Source: Octopus sinensis
Lineage: Eukaryota
Direction: 5' to 3'
NCBI RefSeq assembly: GCF_006345805.1
Contig: NW_021832670.1
Span: 1 to 31,991, forward strand
Length of the DNA stretch: 31,991 nucleotides
Shown: one piece after another, positions 1 to 12,699 of the stretch
Numbering within the stretch: the stretch's first letter is position 1
Layout of the letters: the number at the start of each line of letters is the position of its first letter
Translations under genes and position numbers: made by a program
Notes under the pieces: model-generated
Database searches by the model: none
What the model saw: the letters and a program-made list of their open reading frames with translations, nothing else
What the model was told of the DNA's origin: nothing

Positions 1-164
1 TGTATTTTGGTTGCCGTTTCTGCCAATGTGTTGTTATGTTTATTTACAATTGTTTCAGTTTTTTTTTGTTATTCCTGACTCAATTCTTTTATGATTAGAT
101 CAATCAGCTTAACTTAAAATGCATTTTCAATGTTAATTTATCAATAACATCATCTTGACACTCA

Positions 165-570
165 CATCCCCTCTCATCTCTTCCCACCTCTCTCTCTCTC
201 TCCCTCCCTTCTTCCCACTTTCCCTTTCACTGTCTCGTTTTCTCTTTGTCTTTCTCTGTCCTCCTCTTCCTCCTCCTCCTCCTCCTCCTCCTCTTCCTCC
301 ACCTCCACCACCACTGCTGTTACTGCCTCTCCAAAATTGGTTGATCCTACTAAAAATTAACTATGCTCACCACTCATTCTCTCTCCCACTTTCTCACTTT
401 CCTTCTCACTATCTCTTTCTCACTTTCCTTCTCACTATCTCTCTCTCTCTTTCTTTCTTTCTCTCTCTCTTTCTTTCTTTCTCTCTCTCACTTTCTCCAA
501 TGTTAATAAATTATCTATAACATCATTACCCCCTTCCTTCCTTTCTCTCTCTCTCTCTCTCTCTCTACCT
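165..570. repeat. CT/CCT-rich low-complexity tract
   Basis: (CT)n, (CCT)n and (TTTC)n runs. The 155-520 ORF is only a Leu/Ser/Pro translation of these runs. Confidence 0.9.
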
Positions 571-599
571 GTTTAAGCAAGTTCTACTCAACTCCTAAT

Positions 600-2928
600 A
601 AACACACTCTGACACAAATATACAAACACACACACACATGCATGCACAAGCGCACACATGCACAAACACACACACGTGTACACACTGTAACTCGCATATA
701 GTTACACGCAATAAATCTAACAAAACACAAACACAGATACACTCACACACACACATATATATGCAAGCACATGCACAACACATATCATCACTCATGCATG
801 ATTATACATCAATACACATACATGCATGCACACACACACACACACATGTATGCATACTAATTTCCACACACATAAGTACTAATGCTTACACATACTTCAA
901 CATACATACATACATATATATATACACTTGCGCTTTCATTTCAACTTTCATATACATGAACACTCTGTTATGTAAACACACACAGATGAAGTCATATACA
1001 CATATCCAAACACACACATACTAATTAATACTAAACCACACACACACACACACATACACACAGATACACACACACATACACACATACACACACACACAAA
1101 TTGTTATTCAAACACTCATATACACACTTTCACACATGTATACTTACTCAAACACACACATTCGTGCACGCATGCTAAAATACACACATGCCTTCACATA
1201 CGCATTCCCAAAGCATGCATACATATATGCACACAAACATACTTCATTCAATTGTCACATACTCACACATACACACACACACAAATGCACACACATACAC
1301 ATGCACACACATACACATATTCACACATGCACACACATATACACACACATATTCACGCATACCCATACACAGTCATACATGGATTTTTAGAAAATTTCAT
1401 ACCCTCACATGCATTCTCAAATACACACCCATACACACATGCACACGCACACATAAACATGCATACACACACTCACACACACACACATACTTCACAACAT
1501 TGTCCCAAACATACACCATATGTATATATATATGCATATCTGCAAACATGCCATGCACACTTATATACATACATTAGTAAAACTACCACACACACACACC
1601 AACACACACACACACATCACATTAATGTTACACACACCAAGCACATATACCAGTAAAACACAATCACACACATACACATGCACACACATATGCACACACA
1701 TATGTATACACATACACATATTCACACATACACATATGCACACACATACTCATGCTCACACATATGCACACACATATGCACACACATACACATGCACACA
1801 CACATACACATATGCACACACATATGCATGCACACATGCACACACATATGCATACACATGCACACACATATGCACACACATATGTATACACCACCATATT
1901 CACACATACACATATGCACACACATACTCATGCTCACACATATGCATACACATATGCACACACATACACATGCACACACACATACACATATGCACACACA
2001 TATGCATGCACACATGCACACACATATGCATACACATGCACACACATATACACACACATACACATATTCACACATACACACATATACATATGCACACACA
2101 TACACATGTACACACACAGATGCACACACATATGCAAAAACATATGCACACACATACACATATTCACACACACACACACATACACATATGCACACACATA
2201 CACACACATACACATATGCACACACATACACACACATACACATATGCACACACATATGCTTACACAATTTATAGCAATGTTGCACACAACGTGCACACAT
2301 GTGCATAACACTAAAAACACAACCATACCGCACTCACATTCATACGCGCACACATACACACACACACATGCACACATGAACAAAAGTTGAGACAAACACA
2401 ACACACACACACACACCACACACACCACATACACACAACACACACAAATTGTTATTCAACACTCAATATACACACTTTCACACATGTATACTTACTCAAA
2501 CACACACATTCGTGCATGCATGCTAAAATACACACATGCCTTCACATTTGCATTCCCAAAGCATGCATACATATATGCACACAAACATACTTCATTCAAT
2601 GGTCACATACTCACACATACACACAACACACAAATGCACACACATACACATGCACACACATACACATATTCACACATGCACACACATATACACACACATA
2701 TTCACGCATTACCCATACACAGTCATACATGGATTTTTAGAATTTCATACCCTCACATGAATCTCAAATACACCCCATACACACATGCACACGCACACAT
2801 AAACATGCATCACACACTCACACACACACATACTTCACACATTTGTCCCAAACATACACCATATGTATATATATATGCATATCTGCAAACATGCCATGCA
2901 CACTTATATACATACATTAGTAAAACTA

Positions 2929-2962
<34 letters not shown>

Positions 2963-3667
2963 CACATTAATGTTACACACACCAAGCACATATACCAGTA
3001 AAACACAATCACACACATACACATGCACACACATATGCACACATATATGTATACACATACACATATTCACACATACACATATGCACACACATACTCATGC
3101 TCACACATATGCACAACATATGCACACACATTACACATGACACACACATAACACATGCACACACATATGCATGCACACATGCACACACATATGCATACAC
3201 ATGCACACACATATGCACACACATATGCATACACATACATATTCACACATTACACCATGAACACATACTGCTCACACATATGCATATACACATATCACAC
3301 ATACCATGCACACACATACACATGTACACACACATATGCACACACAAATGCACACACATATGCAACACATGCACACATATACACACACATACACATATTC
3401 ACACATAAACACATATACATATGCCACACACATACACATGTACACACACAGATGCACCCATCAAAAACATATGCACACCACATACAAATATGCACACACA
3501 CACAATACACATTGCACACACAATGCTTACACAATTATAGCACAGTTGCACACAACGTGCACACATGTGCATAACACTAAAAAAACACAACCATACCGCA
3601 ACACACATTCATACGCGCACACATACACACACACACATGCACACATGAACAAGAAGTGAGACAAACA

Positions 3668-3698
<31 letters not shown>

Positions 3699-3700
3699 CA
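600..3700. repeat. Degenerate (CA/CAYA)n satellite containing a ~1.3-kb tandem duplication
   Basis: Continuous ACAC/ATGCAC/ATAC motifs. The unique anchor AAATTGTTATTC...ACACTTTCACACATGTATACTTACTC occurs at 1098 and 2446. The end anchor CATACGCGCACAC...GAGACAAACACA occurs near 2341-2400 and 3610-3670. Confidence 0.9.
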
Positions 3701-3719
3701 ACACTGTCTCAGTATATTG

Positions 3720-4230
3720 TTTTTTTCTTTCTTCCTTTCTTTCTTTCTTTCTTTCCTTCTTTCTTTCGTTCCTTCCTTCTTTGAAATCCATCATCATCAC
3801 ACAAAGCAAAACAATAAATAACATAAGAGAACGTAAAATAGAATAAAATAAAATAAATGTTACACCATGTCTTTAAATGTTTTTTAACTTCCTTTTTGAA
3901 TAATATCATTTTTGAGGAGATGTCATGTCTAGCACAATGTTAATTTATCAGCTATGGCTTGCTTGTTTCTCTAAGACCTGGTGGTAGGGATAGGAGTGAG
4001 GAGCAGGGCGGTGGGGGCCGGAGGTTGGGTGGGGGAGACGATGAAGATGTGGTGTTTGGGAGAGGACTATGAGAGAGAGAGAGAAGGGGTAGATAGAGAG
4101 AGAGAGAGAGACAGAGAGAGAGACGGAGGGACGGATGGAGAGCGAGAGAGCGAAAGGGCAATGAGATTGGTTGTGAGGAGAGAAGAGAGAGAGAGAGAGA
4201 GAGAGAGGGTAGAGGAAGTGAAAGAAAGAG
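3720..4230. repeat. (TTTC)n and (GA)n microsatellites
   Basis: TTTC run at about 3722-3782; GA runs at about 4070-4215. Confidence 0.85.
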
Positions 4231-4784
4231 AGAAGGAGGGTTTGAAGAAATGGTGCTAACAATTGAAGAGATGGCGCTGAAGTGATGCGAAGGAGTAGTG
4301 AGAGTTAGTAGCTTTCAGTAACCTTGTTGTTGTTATTGTTGTTGTTGTTGTTGTTGTTGTTGTTTGTTGATTGTTGATTATGTTGTCATTATTGTCATTA
4401 GTTGTTGAAAATGTTGTTGCTACTTTGGTTGATGTTGCTGTTACTGTTGTCATTAAGCTCTCAGGTGAAGTAAAGTCAAAGTGAGAAGATATTTAATCAA
4501 AGACAATCCACCTGAGACCATCCAATCTTTATTTCAGACAATACAATATAAGACTGCATTACCATATGTGACCTTTCCTTTTTTTTTTGTCTTTTTGTTA
4601 AAACAATAAGGTTTGATTTAAGTATTTTTTTTTTCAGAGTCTTATCAGGGATGAGAAAACAGCACCTTACATATTTTTTTAAGGACCCCTAAGATGGATA
4701 GGAGAAAGGGAAGAGGAGATCCTTGAACCAGTATTCAAGCCTGAAACAATGGAATGAACTCTCCTAAAGGAACCCAAAGACCAG

Positions 4785-4818
<34 letters not shown>

Positions 4819-5060
4819 CCATCTCGTTTAGCGTCTGCTTTCCATGCTAGCATGGGTTGGACGGTTCGACCGGGGATCTGTGAAGCCAGAAGGCTGCACC
4901 AGGCCCAGTCTGATCTGGCAGTGTTTCTACGGCTGGATGCCCTTCCTAACGCCAACCACTCCATGAGTGTAGTCGGTGCTTTTTACGTGCCACCCACACA
5001 GGTGCCAGACGGGGCTGGCAAATGGCCACGGACTGGCAAACAGCCACGGACTGGCATCGA
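4785..5060 (-). mobile_element. SINE family C copy with (GAT)n tail
   Basis: Minus strand reads ...GTGGCACGTAAAAAGCACC...GGTTGGCGTTAGGAAGGGCATCCAGCCGTAGAAAC...CCAACCCATGCTAGCATGGAAAGCAGACGCTAAACG followed by (GAT)n. The same sequence occurs at 8701, 17188 and 30950. Confidence 0.85.
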
Positions 5061-5818
5061 AAGACAGGATGAGTAACCCTATAGAGTATCAGTTCACAGC
5101 CATTTAACAGCATGCAAAATTTTGGCAAATATAAACCAGTATTCCCTGGCAATCGCTTCACTTTCCTTTAAATATTTAAATAAACATTTTTGTTAAGGAA
5201 ATATTCTTGTATTTGTTTGCAATCAGTCAATGTTGCAATCAGTCAATGTGGCTCTTATTCCCCAGATGGCATATTGTAAAACATGGTCATGAAGAGGAAT
5301 TGTGTCAAAGACTAGGTGACAGGATAAAACTTTTTGATACTTCAAAGTGAATGACCTTGTTTGGCACCAGCTTTCTCAGATTCTACAGAATGCTTTGTCT
5401 GCTAGAAGTAGAATTTTGGTGCATCACCCCTTTCTAGAAGTTTGCAACCAATTCTAGAGGAGACAGAGAGAGACACGGGTATGTAACCAGACAGAAAATG
5501 AAAGAAGCTAGAATGTGCCAACTTTCCACGATGTTGTGGCTAATTCTGGAACAGAGAGATGGACACAGAGAAAACTGGAGAGGAAGCAAGAGAGAAATTG
5601 ATGAAGGAAAAGATGAACTGATTAATAGATGGGAAGTGAAAGAATAAACAAAGAATTGATACTGGTATTTAGTAAGTATTTTATCAACTTTTGAAGGCAA
5701 AAAGGCAAAATTGACTTCTGTGGAATTTGAAGTCACAGCACGAAGAGCAAGAATTATTTTTAATACTCTAACTTCATACTAGTTGCAGTTATAAATTAAA
5801 TAACAAATGAATGCAACA

Positions 5819-6234
5819 GGCACAGGAGTGGCTGTGTGGTAAGTAGCTTGCTTACCAACCACATGGTTCCGGGTTCAGTCCCACTGCGTGGCATCTTGGG
5901 CAAGTGTCTTCTGCTATAGCCCCGGCCGACCATACCTTGTGAGTGGATTTGGTTGACGGAAACTGAAAGAAGCCTGTCGTATATATGGTATATATATATA
6001 ATATATGTGTGGTGTGTGGGTTGTGTGTTTTTTGTGTGTCTGTGTTGTCCCCCTAGCATTGCTTGACAACCGATGCTGGTGTGGTTACGTCCCCGTCACT
6101 TAGCGGTTCGGTAAAAAAAGACTGATAGAATAAGTACTGGGCTTACAAAGAATAAGTCCCGGGGTCGATTTGCTCGACTAAAGGAGGTGCTCCAGCATGG
6201 CCGCAGTCAAATGACTGAAACAAGTAAAAGAGAG
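5819..6234 (+). mobile_element. SINE family A, full length (tRNA-derived head, CORE-like segment, internal TA/TG microsatellite, AAAAGAG tail)
   Basis: A-box-like TGGCTGTGTGG, B-box-like GGTTCAGTCCC, CORE-like CTTGGGCAAGTG, and 3' end GACTGAAACAAGTAAAAGAG. There are about 12 copies in the window. Confidence 0.9.
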
Positions 6235-6360
6235 TAGTTTTCTTGTATTATGAAATGGTTCTAAAGTATCTGGCATTATATATTTTTTTCAGTTTTAACA
6301 CATATTCAGAGATCCTGTCACTTGCCAAAGATGTAAAACTCCAAAACTCCAAGAACATTT

Positions 6361-6752
6361 TACTCATTTACTCTTTTACTTGTTTTAGTCATTTGACTGT
6401 GGCCATGCTGGAGCACCGCCTTTAGTCGAGCAAATTGACCCCAGGACTTATTCTTTGGAAGCCTAGTACTTATTCTATCTGTCTTTTTTGCTGAACCGCT
6501 AAGTTCACCATCGGTTGTCAAGCGATGTTGGGGGGACAAACACAAATACACAAACATATACACACATACATATATATATATATATACATATATATGACGG
6601 GCTTGATTTCAGTTTCCATCTACCAAATCCACTCACAAGGCTTTGGTCAGCCTTAGGTTATAGTAGATGACACTTGCCCAAAGTGCCATGCAGTGGGACT
6701 GAATCCAGAACCATGTGGTTGGTAAGCAAGCTACTTACCACACAGCCACTCT
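6361..6752 (-). mobile_element. SINE family A, full length with a small internal deletion
   Basis: Reverse complement of the 5819-6234 copy, lacking about 20 bp around CTGGTGTGTTTACGTCCCCG. Confidence 0.9.
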
Positions 6753-6859
6753 TCATAAAATATTTCAAAATTGAATATTTTTGTTCTTACATTATGAAAG
6801 AGTTATAATTAATAAAGCCTATAAACACACCCATACATACACACAGATATGTGTGTGTA

Positions 6860-8215
<1,356 letters not shown>

Positions 8216-8217
8216 TA

Positions 8218-8231
8218 CATATATCTATATT

Positions 8232-8289
<58 letters not shown>

Positions 8290-8458
8290 TATATATATAT
8301 ATATAATTAGATATATATATATACATATACACTCAGATATATATATATATATACATACATATATATATATGCATATATACATACATATACACATACACAT
8401 ACACACACACAACACACTCACACAAACACACAATATATATAATATATATATATATATA

Positions 8459-8500
<42 letters not shown>

Positions 8501-8525
8501 TATATATATGTGTATATATATGGAC
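8218..8525. repeat. (CT)n/(TA)n/(CA)n compound microsatellite
   Basis: Read directly from the sequence. Confidence 0.9.
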
Positions 8526-8700
8526 ATGTGAAAGTGGTACTGAACACATTTGGTAAGAGTTTACATATATTACTGAATAACTTTGATAACAGTGTGACTC
8601 GTCTCCAAATAATTTAAAGTTTCATAAAATCATAGGACAATTCTATCTCATTAAGCATCCAAATTGTCTACGGATATTTGTATATGCTTGAATATATACT

Positions 8701-8773
8701 GCCTGGTGCAGCCTCCAGACCCCAGTCGAACTGTCCAACCCATGCTAGCATGGAAAACAGACGTTAAACGATT

Positions 8774-8803
<30 letters not shown>
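8701..8803 (+). mobile_element. SINE family C 3' fragment with (GAT)n tail
   Basis: GCCTGGTGCAGCC...CCAACCCATGCTAGCATGGAAAACAGACGTTAAACG followed by (GAT)n. Confidence 0.8.
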
Positions 8804-8806
<3 letters not shown>

Positions 8807-8903
8807 TCTTCAATTACACGATTATGACAGAAATTAAAATTATATCATGCTAGGCAAAAAAAAAAATATATATATATATATATATACACATGGAAAACCT
8901 CTA

Positions 8904-8996
8904 TAATTGGCTGATGAGTACTCAGCATCTTAAATCTGTTGTAATACTTACAACATTTAATAAAATGATGTAGTATGAAACGATCGTACCAAATTA
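8904..8996 (+). ncRNA. Type I hammerhead ribozyme motif with minimal palindromic stem III (Penelope/retrozyme type)
   Basis: CUGAUGA at 8911-8917. Stem II pairs GUACU (8918-22) with AGUAU (8972-76), extended by CAUC/GAUG, UUAAA/UUUAA and UGUUGUAA/UUACAACA around a UAC loop. GAAA at 8977-80. Stem III is A-U plus C-G closing a GAUC loop. Cleavage triplet GUA at 8986-88. Stem I pairs UAAUUGG (8904-10) with CCAAAUUA (8989-96). Confidence 0.75.
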
Positions 8997-9136
8997 CCGG
9001 AGTCATTCTTGTTGCTTATTTTGATTATAATCACCCCACGGATTTTTATGGATAACACCATACAAAATTCTTGTGCATCTAAATTAAGTGCCATATTCAT
9101 TTGAATCTAAATTTTTGCTGAACTTATATATATATA

Positions 9137-9533
9137 TCTTTATATATAAAAGTCAAGTTGTGTGTCTGTCTCCTACGATTTAGATTCCTAACTACTCCCA
9201 CATTTTGCGGTGCAGTTTAACCAAAAGCGGGTATCTTATAGTCGTGATTCATATCAAGCCCTTCTGGGTATTAGCACGTGTCTACGATGAGTCTACGATT
9301 TAAAAAAAAATTTACCATCATTTTTTTCCATTTTAATGCATTTTTTCGCTATTATATAAGGGAAGTAACTCTCTAAAAATGTCTACGATGAGTCAACGAT
9401 TTTTAAAAAAATTTACCATCATTTTTTTCCATTTTTAAAGCATTTTTTTGCTACTTTTTGGCTATAATTCTCTAAAAATGCTTACATAGTTATTTCCCTT
9501 ACAAACCCAAGCAACGCCAGGCGATACTGCTAG
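9137..9533 (+). mobile_element. Non-autonomous Helitron (397 bp)
   Basis: 5' end TCTTTATATATAAAA after an A (9136). 3' end has a GC-rich subterminal segment CCCAAGCAACGCCAGGCG, then CTAG (9530-33), then T. There is no target duplication. An internal ~100-bp direct repeat lies at about 9279-9350 and 9381-9450. Confidence 0.8.
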
Positions 9534-9794
9534 TATATAATAAAATGGTCTGCCAACAAAATCTGAAAATTAGAACTAAAAACATTTGACAAAAAGTTTC
9601 ATATTGTAATGGTATTTAATGAATATCACAAGTGAAATTATATTTTACAATATACACAAGCCACTAGATTCCATTTACAGCAATATACAGTCAGTGGTCA
9701 TTTGGTAAATTCATTGCAGATATGTTAAGCATAATTAATAGTTGCACGCACATACACACACACACACATAGTAAATAAAGGGATGAAAGAATAT

Positions 9795-10178
9795 AATATA
9801 TGTTATTATTTTTAATTCTTAAGTTACAATTGTTTCAATACAACATGGAAAACCCATTACATGAACATAAATATTAATACTTTTAAATATTTGTTGTGCA
9901 AGATATTTTATGTGAAGTCGTGTGTTGAAACAGATATTGTTATATATTGGCTAAACTGGCAAAATGACCATTCCGAAATATAACAATATTAATACTCATA
10001 TGAATATAATGCATTCATAATATCATAAAATATGTTTTTAAGTTTTCATGTACATTTCTTCACATTAAGTCTCAAACAAAAAAATGCTGAGGAATAATGT
10101 GTGTATATAAATAATATTATGAATTCATGTTGTATTAAAACAATTGTTACTACAGAATTCAAAATAATATCACAAATG
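9795..10178. repeat. Degenerate fold-back (inverted repeat) element
   Basis: 9823-9847 matches the reverse complement of 10126-10150 at 23 of 25 positions. Inner pair ATATTGTTATAT / ATATAACAATAT. Weaker similarity in the outer flanks. Confidence 0.55.
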
Positions 10179-10193
10179 CAGTCTTTAATTTAA

Positions 10194-10517
10194 AAAAAAA
10201 AAGACCCGCCGGTTACGACGACGAGGGTCCCAGCTGATACGATCAAAGAAAAAGCTTGCTCATGAAATTAACGTGCAAATGGCTGAGCATTCCACAGACA
10301 CGTGTACCCTTAACGTAGTTCTGGGATAATCAGCGTGACACAGAGAGTGACAAGGCTGACCCTTGAATACAAGTACAACTCATTTTTGCAGCTGAGTGGA
10401 CTGGAGCAACGTGAAATAAAGTGTCTTGCTCAAGAAACACAACGCGTCGCCGGGAATCGAACTCACAACCTTACGATCATGAGCCGAATGCCCTAACCAC
10501 TAAGCCACGCGCCCTCA
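10194..10517 (-). mobile_element. SINE family D, full length, with tRNA-derived head, oligo(T) 3' end and 15-bp target duplication
   Basis: Minus-strand A box TGGCTTAGTGG and B box GAGTTCGATTCCC, followed by TTGAGCAAGACACTT. The duplication CAGTCTTTAATTTAA lies at 10179-10193 and 10518-10532. Confidence 0.9.
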
Positions 10518-10572
10518 CAGTCTTTAATTTAATATGTATATGTAATACATATGTGTATATATATATATAGAG

Positions 10573-10837
10573 AGAAAATAGAAAAGAGTGAAAAAACTAC
10601 AGAAGGCTTGTTTTATAAGGTTAAAGAATATATTTAAGTCGTTATGTTAGAAGAATGTTATAAAATTTTTCATACAGTGACATAGTTTTTGAAGAAATGA
10701 CCGGTTTCGTGTTAACTTTTCAAATTTTTCAAATGTCTGAAAAATTTTATAACATTCTTCTAACATAACGACTTAAAAATATTCTTTAACCTTATAAAAC
10801 AAGCCTTCTGTAGTTTTTTCACTCGTTTCTATTTTCT
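10573..10837. repeat. Near-perfect fold-back element (~103-bp arms, ~58-bp loop)
   Basis: 10573-10676 is the reverse complement of 10734-10837, with only a few mismatches. Confidence 0.9.
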
Positions 10838-10879
10838 ATACATCCAGCCACGTGCTTTCACACACCAACTTTCTCACCT

Positions 10880-11160
<281 letters not shown>

Positions 11161-11594
11161 TAAACTCCTCAGAGATGAATTAGTGTGGCCATTTCAGCAT
11201 TCAGAAGAGTAGAAAGAGTATAAAATATACCAAGCACTAGTATCATCTTTTTTTTTTTTATTGTATAGATTAAAACAATGGACGGTATACTGCTACTAGT
11301 CTACTGCAATTGAAGAGAGGTGATTATGTTCTCTTAAGATATTCATGATATAGCTTGCAACATTTCATACGAACAGTCTTCATCAATTATCAGTGAAATG
11401 TCTGTGATGATGAATACATATCCAAAGCTTATGCATGTCCACCATTGGGACTTTAAGCGCATAACTGTATCAACTAAAAATCAGTAAAAATTAACCAAAA
11501 GCTTCCTTTCTTATTCAAAATCAAAACCGACATGTTTGTTGGTGTTGTCACGGCATAGAAATAAAACACTTGAGATATATTGGTTTCAAACTTA

Positions 11595-11977
11595 GGCGCA
11601 GGAGTGGCTGTGTGGTAAGTAGCTTGCTAATTAACCACATGGTTCCGGGTTCAGTCCCACTGCGTGGCATCTTGGGCAAGTGTCTTCTGCTATAGCCCCG
11701 GGCTGACCAAAGCCTTGTGAGTGGATTTGGTAGACGGAAACTGAAAGAAGCCTGTCGTATATATGTTTATATATATATATATGTATGTGTGTGTTTGTCT
11801 CCCTAGCATTGCTTGACAACCGATGCTGGTGTGTTTACATCCCCGTCACTTAGCGGTTCAGCAAAAGAGACCGATAGAATAAGTACTGGGCTTACAAAGA
11901 ATAAGTCCTGGGGTCGAGTTGCTCAATTAAAGGCGGTGCTCCAGCATGGCCGCAGTCAAATGACTGAAACAAGTAAA
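11595..11977 (+). mobile_element. SINE family A, full length
   Basis: Begins GGCGCAGGAGTGGCTGTGTGG and ends GACTGAAACAAGTAAAA. Confidence 0.9.
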
Positions 11978-12059
11978 AAAATATTTTTAAAAATTTGTTT
12001 ACATGAAAATCTTGGCCATTGTGCCATTCACATTTGAAGGACTAGTGGAGGAGGAGAGA

Positions 12060-12245
12060 GAATATTGCCTTATTTGGAAACGAGTGATAATTGGTAACAG
12101 GAAAAAGAACCTGACTTCTGACTGTAGGAAATCTGCTTTGGTGAAGTTTATCTGATCCATGCAAGCATTGAGAAAAGGTATGTTAAAACAGTAACAAAAA
12201 CAGTGTTGATGACGATGATGATGACGACGACGATGATGATGATGA
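12060..12245 (+). mobile_element. Old, diverged SINE family C-related 3' fragment
   Basis: GGTAACAGGAA...GTAGGAAATCTGC...GATCCATGCAAGCATTGAG...GTTAAA followed by GAT repeats. This resembles the family C tail. Confidence 0.5.
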
Positions 12246-12699
12246 TTTATTGTTGTAGTGGTGGTAGTGGTGGTGGTAGTGGCGGAGGTGATGATGATAA
12301 TGATGATGACAGCGATGATGGCGATGACGATAATGGCGATGACGATGATGGACATATTGAGGGATAAGATGGGTCAAACCTAAGTCATTCAAATTCATCA
12401 TTCCATCTGAGGCCATCACATCTTAAAAAAAACTTGGGAGGCTTTTGATTTTGGTATCAACAAGGAGATTTTGTTGTTGCCATTGTTACTGCTTGTTTTT
12501 TGTTTTTATTTATATATATATATTTTTTTTTTTTCTTGTAATTGCTCTAAAAGTTGTTATGTATAAAATCTTGCGATTCCATTCCGACTGCTACAAAAGC
12601 CTGTTTATTTGTCGATGATCAAAGTGCAGAAAAGCAGATGTTTTTGTTTTTTTATTATTCTTAATAATTTTTCATTGTTGTTAACTTAGCTTTAGTTTT

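Noticed and set aside
595-3659. Many long His/Thr-rich or Cys/Val-rich ORFs (up to 262 aa)
   Set aside because: They are translations of (CA)n-type satellite, open in several frames on both strands, with no domain or splice structure.
4459-4519. 9-bp inverted repeat TCTCAGGTG / CACCTGAGA
   Set aside because: It is too short to distinguish from chance in 32 kb.
10445-10515. tRNA-Met-like gene on the minus strand
   Set aside because: The acceptor stem does not close, and the sequence continues into a SINE body with a target duplication, so it is a SINE head.
11352-11396. Possible decayed hammerhead on the minus strand (CTGATAA...GAAATGTTGCA)
   Set aside because: Core box, stem II and cleavage triplet are all imperfect, and there are too many mismatches to support it by eye.
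11813-12037. Recurrent MTTDAGVFTSPS... ORFs (also at 23764, 26566, 27303) and related MSSNARETNT... ORFs
   Set aside because: They are incidental frames inside SINE-A, start at non-ATG codons, and are frameshifted between copies.
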